64,000 nucleotides of DNA, from positions 64,001 through 128,000 of the forward strand of contig CAWCNS010000002.1 of NCBI GenBank assembly GCA_963796965.1. Direction: 5' to 3'. The position numbers and the translations under genes are program-made. This document shows, one piece after another, positions 45,751-55,644 of the stretch. This DNA comes from Calditrichia bacterium. GTDB lineage: Bacteria > Calditrichota > Calditrichia > JAJRVZ01. A model generated the notes under the pieces. The model saw nothing but the letters and a program-made list of their open reading frames with translations, was not told the DNA's origin and did no database searches. Positions within the stretch are counted from its first letter, which is position 1. Every line of letters starts with the position of its first letter.

Positions 45751-45960
45751 TCAGGAAATTAAAAAACAGTTCCTCCCGGATTTGCATTCTTCAGGGTCCA
45801 CCGGACCCGTATCCGGACCGAGAGAGGTCATGGTTTTTTTACACCAGTAATGCCCCGTAGTCGATTCACCGCGGGCCCACTTTTTGGCCTCTCCAAATGC
45901 AGGGGCATGGCTTTCTTCCTGTTCAAAAAACTTACATGGTTTATGATTTAATGCTTCCAT
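45751..45960 (-). CDS. Small Cys/His-rich hypothetical protein, last gene of the molybdoenzyme operon
   Basis: ATG 8 nt after the FAD-subunit stop, GGGG RBS-like sequence; C..HYWC..T..GPD..C..R.C. Confidence 0.7.
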   Translation of the reverse strand: MEALNHKPCKFFEQEESHAPAFGEAKKWARGESTTGHYWCKKTMTSLGPDTGPVDPEECKSGRNCFLIS

Positions 45961-45968
45961 AGTTTCCC

Positions 45969-46961
45969 CTATTCTAACGGGTCAATACCCACTGCCCGGC
46001 AAATTGCACGATAGACGACTGTCTTGAATATTGTTACTTTATAACCGTTTAATGACAGTGGCTCAGCATCCACAAGTGCCTTTTCGGCCGCATTCTTAGC
46101 GGACTTTTTATCGACTTTTTTGTTTTTTAATTCTTCTTCTGCCTCTACCGCCCGCCACGGTATCGGTGCAGCTGAACCAAGTATAATCCGGGCATCTTTG
46201 CAAACCCCATTTTCCAGCTGTAGACTTACAGCAATATCGGCCAGAGGCCAGTCAAAGGTCTGTTTTTCTTTCTGCTTAATATAATAGCTGACATGGCTTT
46301 CCATCGCCGCCGGAATGATGATTGATGTGATGAGTTCACCTGTTCCAAGAATATTTTCTCGTTCAACATCCTCCCCGGGAGATATAAAAAATTCTCCGAT
46401 AGGAACCGTTTTCTCGTTATCATTGCTTTTAATTACAATCTGTGCATCCAAGGCGGATAAAGCAACCGCCGTACCGGATGGATGAACAATGGCACAGCCA
46501 TCTGAATTCCCCAAAATGGCATGATATTGATTCTCACCATCCAGGGCATAACAGGTGTCTCCGCCCTTTCTGGCACAGGGGAAGTCCTCGCTGCGAAAAT
46601 ACCAGCAGCGGGGACGCTGGCATATATTTCCGCCAATTGAAGCCATATTCCTCACCTGCGGGCTGGCTACTGAACCGGCAGCTTGCGCTAGCACCCTGAA
46701 TCCACCTCTCATTTCTTTGCTCTCTGCAATTTCAGTCAAGGTCAGGGCCGACCCAATATGCAGATCACCATTTTTTTCTTTCCGGATGAATTTTAGATCT
46801 GCCATATCGCGGATGTTAACCAATCTTTGGGGATTGATCAGGCCTTCTTTCATTTGATCCAGTAAATCTATCCCTCCGGCTTTCAATTTTGATTCTTTTA
46901 CATCCAAATATTCTAAGGCTTTGTCGATGCTTTCCGGAAGGGCATATTCAAAATTATTCAT
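45969..46961 (-). CDS. Xanthine dehydrogenase-family FAD subunit (PaoB/YagS-like, with 4Fe-4S insert)
   Basis: AGGIDL, ASPQVRNMASIGGN, CQRPRCWYFR..C.RKGG..C, C..VHPS. Confidence 0.92.
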   Translation of the reverse strand: MNNFEYALPESIDKALEYLDVKESKLKAGGIDLLDQMKEGLINPQRLVNIRDMADLKFIRKEKNGDLHIGSALTLTEIAESKEMRGGFRVLAQAAGSVASPQVRNMASIGGNICQRPRCWYFRSEDFPCARKGGDTCYALDGENQYHAILGNSDGCAIVHPSGTAVALSALDAQIVIKSNDNEKTVPIGEFFISPGEDVERENILGTGELITSIIIPAAMESHVSYYIKQKEKQTFDWPLADIAVSLQLENGVCKDARIILGSAAPIPWRAVEAEEELKNKKVDKKSAKNAAEKALVDAEPLSLNGYKVTIFKTVVYRAICRAVGIDPLE

Positions 46962-46996
46962 ATGGGTTTCCTTTCACCCTTTGACACTCTTTTTTA

Positions 46997-47046
46997 TCTC
47001 TCGCAGCGACGCAACGACCGCAACGGCTCTGCGTCGCTGCGAGAGA
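46997..47046. repeat. Perfect 17-bp inverted repeat inside the operon
   Basis: TCTCTCGCAGCGACGCA-N16-TGCGTCGCTGCGAGAGA; related arms at 45718, 55443, 55619, 57271, 57412. Confidence 0.85.
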
Positions 47047-47068
47047 AATATGTCTCTGGCTTGCGTAA

Positions 47069-49324
47069 TTACGCTTTCCCTAATGCTTTCAGCACCCGGG
47101 CTGGTGTCATCGGTAATTCTTTTATCCGAACACCTATAGCATGATAGACGGCATTGGCAATCGCCGCGGCTGTCGGTATCGTAGCCGGTTCGCCAATACC
47201 AATTGCACCCGTACTGCTTTGGGCCAAATTAAAATCGATGATGTGCGAATCGATTTCAGGTATGTCCATGGCACCCGCAATTTTATAAAACTCAAGATTA
47301 GGATTTACCATCAAACCCTGGTTCCGATCCATAAGTCGGTTTTCAAAGAGGGCGTAACTGATACCCTGGATGATGCCACCGTTTATCTGATTTTTTGTTG
47401 TTAAAAGATCCATTACCCGGCCACAATCGTGAACGGCAAATACCCGTTTTACGGATATCTGTCCCGTGCCCGTATCCACCTCCACTTCGGCAAATTGAAC
47501 ACCGCTTATTTTATATCGTTCCGGTTCATAATAATCAGGAAAACGTTCACCGCTGACAGTTAATTGTCCCTGCGGAATTTCATCACAGACTTCCTTCCAG
47601 GTTAATTTTATTTCACCCCCGGGGGAAAGGATCACATGGCCATCTTTTAAGTCCAAAGTATTCTCTTTCATCTCCAGCTTTTTTGCAGCAACTTCAAGGA
47701 TTCTCTGTTTGGCATGATGAGCAGCTATGCGTACCGCAGGCGTTACCCCCGAGGTGGTTTGGCTGCCCCCCGATGAAGGAGCCAAGCCAAAATCTGTATT
47801 TCCAATTGTAACCGTAATATCTTTGGGTGTAAGACCCAATTCCTCCGCAACCACCATGGCTATCGGCGTAACGATACCACCCCCGATATCCTGGACACCG
47901 CTTTTTAACTGTACAGAGCCATCATCGTTGACAGATAGAGTAACATGTGTACCGCGGTTATAGATATAGTACCAGAGAGAGTTGGCCACCCCCATCCCAC
48001 GTTTGACCACCCCTTTATCCGCCCCTGCTTGTTGAGCCCTTTTAGTCCAGCCAAATTTTTCAGCGCCAACCGGATATTCTGCCTGACGCACTTTATCCGA
48101 CAAGGTATTCATTATCCTGATTTCAAGGGGATCCATATTCAACTGGTAGGCCAATTCATCGATGGTCTGTTCAAGAGCAAACGCCCCCTGCGGCATACCC
48201 GGTGCCCGGAAGGGTGCTGATGGCCCTGTATTGGTGTACACATTGGATTCCATTGTGAAAATAGTTTTAGCATCATACGTATTTTTTACCGGTCCACTGG
48301 TACCAGCTCCCCCGCTGACTCCGGGTGAGCCAAAAGATTTCAATTTAATCGCATTAATTTTTCCGGTTTTATCAGATCCAATAGAAACCGTTTGCAGTGA
48401 ATCCGGTCTGTTACCGGTAGCCAGGTGTTCTTCTTTTCGGTTAAGCATTAATCTAACCGGTGCCCCTGACTCCCGTGATAATTTGACAGCAAGCATTGTA
48501 TAAATATCTGCTTTTAACTTGGAACCAAAACCTCCACCCATAAATTTGGTAATAACCCGAACTTTTGATTTGGGTAATTCAAAATATTCAGCCACCTGAT
48601 CGCGCACACGATTTGTACCCTGTGTTGATGCCCAAACAGTCACACGTTCGTCTTTCCATTGAGCCACCACACCATGTGTCTCCATGGGGCTGTGGGTTTG
48701 TACCTGTGTTTTATAGGTTCCTTCCACAACAATGTCCGACGCTTTCAAGGCCCGGTCAACCTCTTCAGGTCCTTTATCTTTTGGTGAAACACGGGGTTTT
48801 CTGATGTTTTTTGAACCGTTTGCATCAGAAACTTCCAGGTCATCAAAGACGGCCGGGGCATCCTTTTGCATGGCATCTTCGAGGGTGACGACAAAGGGAC
48901 GTTTTTCAAATGATATTTGTATCCGCTTTGCGCCTTCTTCCGCTATTTCCTTTGTATCAGCCGCAATGGCAACAATTTCCTGACCGGCAAACCTTACAGA
49001 AAAAGGCAGTTCTTCATGAACAGATACAACGGCCCGTATGCCAGGTAATTTTTTTACCTCATTAAGATCAATTTGAGTTATGAGGGCAGCTGCCTGAGGA
49101 GAACGAATAATTTTACCATAAAGCATACCCGGCAAATTTACATCAAAGGTATATTTTGCTTTTCCGGTGGTTTTATACTTGCCATCAATTCGGGTTATCT
49201 TTTTTCCGATAAATTTTAAATCGGATTTTCCGTCCCAGGGCTTTGGATCGCCATCAGGTATTTCAACAGTTTTTTCCCTAAGATTTTTTTCAATACCTAT
49301 AAATACTTTTTCTTTTTTTGACAT
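47069..49324 (-). CDS. Xanthine dehydrogenase-family molybdopterin subunit (PaoC/YagR-like)
   Basis: RIDGKYKTTG, HSPMET, MGGGFGSK, FRAPG, GGSQT, QINGGIIQG, GIGEP. Confidence 0.93.
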   Translation of the reverse strand: MSKKEKVFIGIEKNLREKTVEIPDGDPKPWDGKSDLKFIGKKITRIDGKYKTTGKAKYTFDVNLPGMLYGKIIRSPQAAALITQIDLNEVKKLPGIRAVVSVHEELPFSVRFAGQEIVAIAADTKEIAEEGAKRIQISFEKRPFVVTLEDAMQKDAPAVFDDLEVSDANGSKNIRKPRVSPKDKGPEEVDRALKASDIVVEGTYKTQVQTHSPMETHGVVAQWKDERVTVWASTQGTNRVRDQVAEYFELPKSKVRVITKFMGGGFGSKLKADIYTMLAVKLSRESGAPVRLMLNRKEEHLATGNRPDSLQTVSIGSDKTGKINAIKLKSFGSPGVSGGAGTSGPVKNTYDAKTIFTMESNVYTNTGPSAPFRAPGMPQGAFALEQTIDELAYQLNMDPLEIRIMNTLSDKVRQAEYPVGAEKFGWTKRAQQAGADKGVVKRGMGVANSLWYYIYNRGTHVTLSVNDDGSVQLKSGVQDIGGGIVTPIAMVVAEELGLTPKDITVTIGNTDFGLAPSSGGSQTTSGVTPAVRIAAHHAKQRILEVAAKKLEMKENTLDLKDGHVILSPGGEIKLTWKEVCDEIPQGQLTVSGERFPDYYEPERYKISGVQFAEVEVDTGTGQISVKRVFAVHDCGRVMDLLTTKNQINGGIIQGISYALFENRLMDRNQGLMVNPNLEFYKIAGAMDIPEIDSHIIDFNLAQSSTGAIGIGEPATIPTAAAIANAVYHAIGVRIKELPMTPARVLKALGKA

Positions 49325-49342
49325 GCCTATCACCCCGAATAG

Positions 49343-49982
49343 TTATTTCATTTTTTTCGCAGCAGATTCTACCGCCTTAAAAACATGTGGATAGGTACCA
49401 CAGCGGCAAAGATTTCCACTCACGGCAGTTCGCACCTCTTCAGGAGATGGGCGGCTGGTTTTATCAAGCAGCCCTTTGGAAGCTCATAATGATGCCTGAA
49501 GTGCAAAATCCGCATTGCATGGCATCTTCTTCAATAAATGCTTCCTGCAATGGATGTAAATGATTAATATCTTTCACCAGCCCTTCAATTGTTTCAATTT
49601 TACGGCCAGCAGCATCTAAGGCCAGGGTCATACAGGAATTTACAATCTTACCATCCATAATCACTGTACAAGCACCACAGGCACCGCGGTCGCACCCGAT
49701 TTTTGTTCCGGTCAGATCTAATTTATCTCGTATTACATCAACCAATGTTGTCCTGGGTTCAATCTCTGTATTGACTTGTTGACCGTTAACCATTAAAGAA
49801 AGTATTATTTTTCCCGGCCCCACTATTTTATCTTTTTCCAGGAGCCCTGCTTTTTGTAATTTCCCGACAACCCCTTCACCCTTTGCTGCGGCAACGCCGA
49901 CGGAACTAACACCGACGCTTTTAAGAAATGTTCGCCGGGAAAGTTTCGGATTATCATGTGACTTTTTTGAGGGATTTCCCAT
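49343..49982 (-). CDS. [2Fe-2S] subunit with Tat signal (PaoA/YagT-like) (frameshift near 49480)
   Basis: [25 protein letters not shown]; shifted frame gives GNLCRCGTY and a stop at 49343. Confidence 0.92.
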
Positions 49983-50042
49983 TTGGATGTCTCCTAAATA
50001 TCTTTAAAATTGTAGTGGTGAAATAAATGAGGGAATATCAGG

Positions 50043-50096
50043 AATTCGTAATTCGTAATTCGTAATTCGTAAATTCGTAATTCGTAATTCGTAATT
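50043..50096. repeat. Tandem heptamer array (AATTCGT)x7 with one extra A
   Basis: Read directly; lies upstream of the 2Fe-2S gene. Confidence 0.95.
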
Positions 50097-50147
50097 AAAA
50101 AGTATACTTGAAGGAAAGATATATGTCAAGAAAAAAATAAATATTTC

Positions 50148-50714
50148 TTAACTGGCATCGCGGATTTTCTCAATAGCTGTTTTAAATTCCTCATAGGACT
50201 TCTTCCCGAGAAGGAAGGTTTTTTGTATCCCATTTTGGTCATATATAAAGGTAGCGGGTACAGCCCCCCGCCACTCTTCATTAAACATATTCAATTAAAT
50301 TTTCAGGCTGCTTAAAATTTTGTACATAATTTGGAAATTTAGCCTTTTGTGAATTGCAGAAAAGGAATGATCTTGCTCTTCAATTTCATCAGGATAATCA
50401 ACACTGACACCGATAATGACAACGTCAGAATTTTGGTATTCTTCGGCCAACTTCACCAGATCCGGGAACTCTTCTTTACAGGGCAAACACCAGGTGGCCC
50501 AGATATTGACAAAAAGGACCTTCCCCTTATTCAGACTCTTTATCTCCTGCCATTTGGCAGTATCAAGGAGATCAACCCTTACTTCTGTTTTTGGGATTGA
50601 CTGATTTTTGTTCGAGTGAATATCCTGCAATGAATTGCTCTGATCGCTGTTTTGAGAACAACCCAGGAACGTAAATGAAAAAGCTACTAAAACTATCCAT
50701 AGAAGTGACTGCAT
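50148..50714 (-). CDS. TlpA-family thioredoxin lipoprotein (frameshifted)
   Basis: LGC lipobox, NIWATWCLPCKEEFP; other frame continues WRGAVPATFIYD to a stop at 50148. Confidence 0.85.
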
Positions 50715-51289
50715 TATTCCACTCTTTTAATCGAACAACCAAAGGCTTTAGTGTCTGGCGTATTGACAGATTTTCCAGCAAGAATTTCATCTAAGGCATT
50801 ACGTAAATCCTTTGATTCAACCTCATCCTCACGACGCGAATTGTCTATTCGCCCATGATAAAATAAATCTAATTTTGCGTTTACGACATAAATTTCAGGC
50901 GTAACCTGGGCATCATAGGCATCAGCAACTTTATTACCCGGATCTTTTAAAACTGCAAATTTGAAATTATTCTCCTCTGCATGATCCTTCAATTCATCTG
51001 CATCTTCCTGTGTATTGGAGTTGATTGCAAAAAAGGAAACACCTTTTGCCGTGTAATCTTTAAATAATAGATTCATTCTTTCATTGTAAGCATTAGAAAC
51101 AGGACAACGCGCGGAAATAAACATGATCACAATGGCTTTGCTCGTATTTAACTCAGACAATGTATGTGATTTTCCATCAAAATCAGTTAAGGTAAAATCA
51201 CTGACTTTTTCTAATTCACCCCCGTAAACGATTGAAAATGACAAAATCATCACGACAGTTAATATATGTTTAAAAGCTTTCTCCGTCAT
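50714..51289 (-). CDS. Exported thioredoxin-like (AhpC/TSA) protein
   Basis: Signal peptide, DFTL, RCPVS, INSN, TPE, YHGRID, FGCSIK. Confidence 0.88.
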   Translation of the reverse strand: MTEKAFKHILTVVMILSFSIVYGGELEKVSDFTLTDFDGKSHTLSELNTSKAIVIMFISARCPVSNAYNERMNLLFKDYTAKGVSFFAINSNTQEDADELKDHAEENNFKFAVLKDPGNKVADAYDAQVTPEIYVVNAKLDLFYHGRIDNSRREDEVESKDLRNALDEILAGKSVNTPDTKAFGCSIKRVE

Positions 51290-51574
51290 AGGAAACGCCC
51301 TCCTTTAGTGATTGATAAGATTTGACAACTTTTTTGCGATGTACCAGGCATCGGTCATTCTATTTCTAAAACTAATTTAACCAAAAGATGATTCCCACAG
51401 GTATAAATATCTTAATATTTGTAGATCAGCATACATTTGGCTACTTAAATGAGATTAAAGAGCAACATTCTCTTCGGATTGTCGATGAGTTTCGCAATCA
51501 GATTGGTGGTTTTATAATTAATAGAGATTAGGGTAAGCCGGAAAGGGATGCCACTATTCTTTGGTGTCATCGTC

Positions 51575-52894
51575 TCATTTAATCGCATCATAAAATGATA
51601 GCGCTCGTTCCCTGGCGTATTTGTGCTCAATGATTGGTTTTGGGTATTGATCGGTTCCTATCTCAGGAATCCATTTTTTAATATATTCTTGTTCAGGATC
51701 AAATTTTTTTGCCTGTTCACTTGGATTAAAGATGCGGAAATATGGGGCAGCATCACAACCGCTACCAGCAGCCCATTGCCAGTTACCATTGTTCGAAGAC
51801 AATTCAAAATCCAGCAATTTGCTTGCAAAATATTTTTCGCCCCAACGCCAGTCAATGAGCAGATGTTTGGTAAGAAAACTGGCGGCAACCATTCTTACAC
51901 GGTTGTGCATAAATCCTGTTGTATTTAATTCACGCATTCCTGCGTCAACCATAGGAAATCCTGTATTGCCTTCGCACCATATTTTAAATTGACTTTCATC
52001 ATTTAAATACACAAAATGACGATATTTTTCTCTAAAAGGCTGCTCAACCACGTAGGGAAAATTATAGAGAATCATCATAAAAAACTCACGCCAGATCAAT
52101 TCCTGAAGCCAAACCTCATTTAATGACAAAGCCAGTTGGACCATTTTTCTGATACTAACGGTTCCAAAACGAAGATGAATACCAAGTCGTGAGGTGCCTT
52201 TAATTGCCGGAAAATTACGGGTATCATCATATTTCCGAATAATTTCCTCATCTGGTAATTTCTGTGGAACTATCTGATCGGATAATTTAAACCCGAGCTC
52301 TTCAATTTTTGGGAACTGGAATTTTTGTTGAAGAAATTTATATTCTTGTGATTCAGAAGAAAATGATTTTAGGTACTCTGTTGATAGTTGGTTCTGCCAT
52401 TTTTTCATGTAGGGTGTATAGACCGTATATGGCCTGCCAGTTCCAGTAAGAATTTCATCCTTTTCGAAAATAACCTGATCTTTGAAAGTATAAAGTGAGA
52501 TTTCATTATTCTTAAGTAGGTTGTTAACCATATTATCCCGGTTAATAGCATAGGGCTCATAATCTTGATTTGCAAATACAGAGGTGATTTGAATTTCAGA
52601 TATAAGTTTTCGCCATATCTCTTTCGGCCTTCCTCGCAATACGAGTAGGCTGCTTCCCTTTTTATTCAATTCTTGGTTTATCTCATCCAGGGAATTGTAA
52701 ATAAAGGTCACACGGGGATCACGTTTTTTCTCAAGCTGATCCAGAATATTGATATCGAAAATAAAAAGACAAAGAACAGGGAGGCCTCGTTCTAAGGCCT
52801 CGTTCAAACCCCGGTTATCCTCGAGACGCAAATCCCGCCGAAACCAGAATATGTTTAGAGATGTATTAATTGATATATTCAGGGCTAAATTCAT
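51575..52894 (-). CDS. phrB: Deoxyribodipyrimidine photolyase (class I CPD type)
   Basis: WFRRDLRLEDN, TSRL..HLRFG, ELIWREF, GFMHNRVRM, NNGNWQW, RIFNP. Confidence 0.93.
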   Translation of the reverse strand: MNLALNISINTSLNIFWFRRDLRLEDNRGLNEALERGLPVLCLFIFDINILDQLEKKRDPRVTFIYNSLDEINQELNKKGSSLLVLRGRPKEIWRKLISEIQITSVFANQDYEPYAINRDNMVNNLLKNNEISLYTFKDQVIFEKDEILTGTGRPYTVYTPYMKKWQNQLSTEYLKSFSSESQEYKFLQQKFQFPKIEELGFKLSDQIVPQKLPDEEIIRKYDDTRNFPAIKGTSRLGIHLRFGTVSIRKMVQLALSLNEVWLQELIWREFFMMILYNFPYVVEQPFREKYRHFVYLNDESQFKIWCEGNTGFPMVDAGMRELNTTGFMHNRVRMVAASFLTKHLLIDWRWGEKYFASKLLDFELSSNNGNWQWAAGSGCDAAPYFRIFNPSEQAKKFDPEQEYIKKWIPEIGTDQYPKPIIEHKYARERALSFYDAIK

Positions 52895-52930
52895 AGTTAA
52901 TGCTCCAAATAAAAGGTAAAAGCACACTTA

Positions 52931-52967
52931 GTCGTAATTGGTAATTTGAAATTCGAATTTTGTAATT
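52931..52967. repeat. Degenerate TTCGTAA heptamer array
   Basis: GTCGTAA TTGGTAA TTTGAAA TTCGAAT TTTGTAA. Confidence 0.6.
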
Positions 52968-52979
52968 ACCTTTTTCTGT

Positions 52980-54440
52980 CTATCTTTGCGACTTTGTGTC
53001 TTTGCGAGAAGTATTAGATTTAATTATACCGAAAATATAACCAAGCGACGCACTCACGATCCCCCATAGAATATAAGCCAGGTCCGTAGCATTCAACCAA
53101 TTAGGCTGGAGAGACACTAAAAAGCCATTGACCTGAAGAAAATAGGCAGAAATAATTCCCACAAAACCAAGGAACGAAGACCAAAACACGCCGTTTTTAT
53201 TCACCTGAGGTATCATCACAGCCGCAACAGGAAAGGCTACAGCTGTTGTTAAAACCCCTCCTGAGAGATAAAATATGTCCCAAAGTGATTCTGTATTCAG
53301 GGCGAAAATACCGGCCGCTAAAACGGCCAGAACAGTGATTGTCTGGGAAATTTTTTTACCATTATTTTTAAGATGCAAGCCAAACATGTCATAGGCAATA
53401 CTTAATGCCATCACATTAACACAGGTATCTACAGTACTCATCGCGGCTGCCACTAATCCAACGGCCACTAGCAATGCCAGCCAGTTTGGGGCATAAGTTT
53501 GGACGAGAGCGGCAAAAATAGTATCCCCCTCACTTCCAATACTCGAAGGGAGGACACCATCAATTGGCGGAAACAAAACCAGGGCAGCGATTCCAATAAT
53601 TAATGGAAGGATTCCCACAAATATCATGGCATTTCCCCCGGCAATTATCATCCCCCGACGTGCTCTTACGGAACTTGAGGCGGCCTGGACCCGTACCCAA
53701 AGATCGGTTTCAAATAACCAACCTGGCAGGTAGGCAATTAGACCGATAAGAACTGTCAAAAAACCTGGTCCAACTAGGTCCGTCCATGGCTTGTTAGATT
53801 TTAGTGTTAGAACCTCAGGACCCGGTATAAGTTGGCTTTTAGTTTGCCATAATCCTTTAAATGAAAGCCAGCCCATCATCAATATATATAATGCAACAAT
53901 CACATATTGCAGTTTATCGGTTGCAATGACTGCACGAAAACCACCCAGAGTACCGTATATAGCTACAATAACACAGATACCGACTATTGTCCAGGAGAGA
54001 GAAATATCTAACTCCGGTGCTAATAATTTTGCCGCTACATAAATCTCTGCACCAGCCCAGACTAAAAAGACAAAAGCCAGTGCAGCAGCAACCATTCGCT
54101 TCGATTTTTTACCAAATCGTGATGCGACCATTTCAGGCTGACTAAAAGCCGGTAAAGCATGATATTTAGTGGATAGAAAATAGATTCCGGCAAGTGCTAT
54201 GAGCCAGGGAACGGTAATCAGCCAGATAGCCCCAAGTCCATACCAGTAAAAAAGCTGGACAGCATACACACAAGACCAGGATACAGACATGAAACCAGCC
54301 GAAATGGAAAGTCCTACGGAGGTGGCCCCCAAACTCCGGTCAGCTGTCCAGAATCCGGCACCATCTTGTGTATGCCTGCCTGCCCGCCATCCAAGATAGA
54401 TAGCGGCCAAAGAATATAATACGACTGCAAACCAGATCAT
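52980..54440 (-). CDS. Sodium:solute symporter family protein
   Basis: Multi-TM; YGTLGGFRAVIATD, AAAMSTVD motifs. Confidence 0.88.
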   Translation of the reverse strand: MIWFAVVLYSLAAIYLGWRAGRHTQDGAGFWTADRSLGATSVGLSISAGFMSVSWSCVYAVQLFYWYGLGAIWLITVPWLIALAGIYFLSTKYHALPAFSQPEMVASRFGKKSKRMVAAALAFVFLVWAGAEIYVAAKLLAPELDISLSWTIVGICVIVAIYGTLGGFRAVIATDKLQYVIVALYILMMGWLSFKGLWQTKSQLIPGPEVLTLKSNKPWTDLVGPGFLTVLIGLIAYLPGWLFETDLWVRVQAASSSVRARRGMIIAGGNAMIFVGILPLIIGIAALVLFPPIDGVLPSSIGSEGDTIFAALVQTYAPNWLALLVAVGLVAAAMSTVDTCVNVMALSIAYDMFGLHLKNNGKKISQTITVLAVLAAGIFALNTESLWDIFYLSGGVLTTAVAFPVAAVMIPQVNKNGVFWSSFLGFVGIISAYFLQVNGFLVSLQPNWLNATDLAYILWGIVSASLGYIFGIIKSNTSRKDTKSQR

Positions 54441-54823
54441 AATTAAGATTCCAAATCAATCATACTGACTAATGAATCATTTAATGTCCATATATAGGAT
54501 TCACATATTTCATAAAATAAAAAGGCGAGAGGATATTTATTTAAACCTCTCCCTCGTCTAATTCAGGATAAAAATTATCATCAATTCTCATGCAATACAA
54601 CAAAATGTAACCCTGTTTGAAAATAGCCACTTTGGATCAGACGGCTTTTATTTATATCCTTTTTAGGATGGCACTATAGAACTAATTGGGATAATCCTGG
54701 ATGGACTGTTAGGGCAGATGCATTTCATATTGGTATGACACAAGTATTATACCAAGAAAATTATCAAACAGAGAGGGTGTAAAGATACCCAGACCTATAA
54801 GAAGTTTTATGGATATTAACATC

Positions 54824-54880
54824 AACCACGAACTGAGCGGAACTCACGAAGTATATTTTTATCTTCGCGCTCTTCGTGGT
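54824..54880. repeat. Short ACCACGAA...TTCGTGGT inverted element
   Basis: AACCACGAACTGAGCGGAACTCACGAAG ... CTTCGCGCTCTTCGTGGT. Confidence 0.55.
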
Positions 54881-54978
54881 AATAATATTATCATCCTTCT
54901 AATCTGAATGGCAACAGCCCGTCATTCAAAAATAGAGTGAACGCAATGATTTTTGCTTAAATTTTTATAAATTTCCAA

Positions 54979-55425
54979 CTAATAAAATTCTCTAATCTTA
55001 TTTCTCCTGTAGGTAAAGATCCTCTCAATATCTCTTTTAACAAAAAATCGATTTATCAGGGGACTTAAGATCCAGCCACTGATCTGATATTGCACACTAT
55101 CCCGGATAAGACAGCCTCCCTCCACTGCGTTGAAGGTGTGTTCATGAATCCATTGCTTATAAGGCCCCTTAAGCTGTTCATCAATAAATCTATAGGGTGG
55201 TTCCCACACTGTTATTTTCGTCTTCCAATTTATAGGTAAACCGTACAAGGAAAGTCGATAGTCGATCAAAGTTCCTGCTGACATTTTTATTGGTTGGGCT
55301 GTTATAATTTTAAACTTGAGCCAGGGTGGTGTTATTTTTTGCAGATTCGCGGGCTCACTGAAGAATTTAAACACTTCTTCTACAGGGGCCTTTACTTTCA
55401 TTTCTGTCTCATATATGTTGTTCAT
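54979..55425 (-). CDS. SRPBCC family protein
   Basis: VEEVFKFF..P.NL.KITPP, FIDEQLKGPY..WIHEHTF, IF.YR. Confidence 0.88.
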   Translation of the reverse strand: MNNIYETEMKVKAPVEEVFKFFSEPANLQKITPPWLKFKIITAQPIKMSAGTLIDYRLSLYGLPINWKTKITVWEPPYRFIDEQLKGPYKQWIHEHTFNAVEGGCLIRDSVQYQISGWILSPLINRFFVKRDIERIFTYRRNKIREFY

Positions 55426-55440
55426 ATTATGGTCTTCTTT

Positions 55441-55639
55441 AATTGCGTAGCGACGCAGAGGACTTTAAGAAAAATGACAAAAGAATTAAGAATAAAGTTA
55501 TCAGAGAGTAAAATACTTATTATTTCTATCCTCAGTCCATATTCTTTTTAAGTTATAGATTATGTAATCCCCATATGGCGATAGGATATCGATTGAGTTA
55601 TAGAGCCTTTCAATTATTTCTGCGTCGCTCCGCGAAATT
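55441..55639. repeat. Inverted GCGACGCAGA arms bracketing about 160 nt of AT-rich spacer
   Basis: AATTGCGTAGCGACGCAGA ... TCTGCGTCGCTCCGCGAAATT. Confidence 0.7.
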
Positions 55640-55644
55640 GTGTA

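Noticed and set aside
47141..48983. Many short plus-strand ORFs here and elsewhere in the track (e.g. 25288, 25642, 55640, 63536)
   Set aside because: Antisense shadows of well-supported genes or translations of repeat elements, with no motifs.
50043..50096. CRISPR array
   Set aside because: 7-nt tandem units with no spacers and no cas genes.
54441..54978. TPP or other riboswitch before the SSS transporter
   Set aside because: No CTGAGA / ACCTGAT core found on the minus strand; only a hairpin near 54523-54558.
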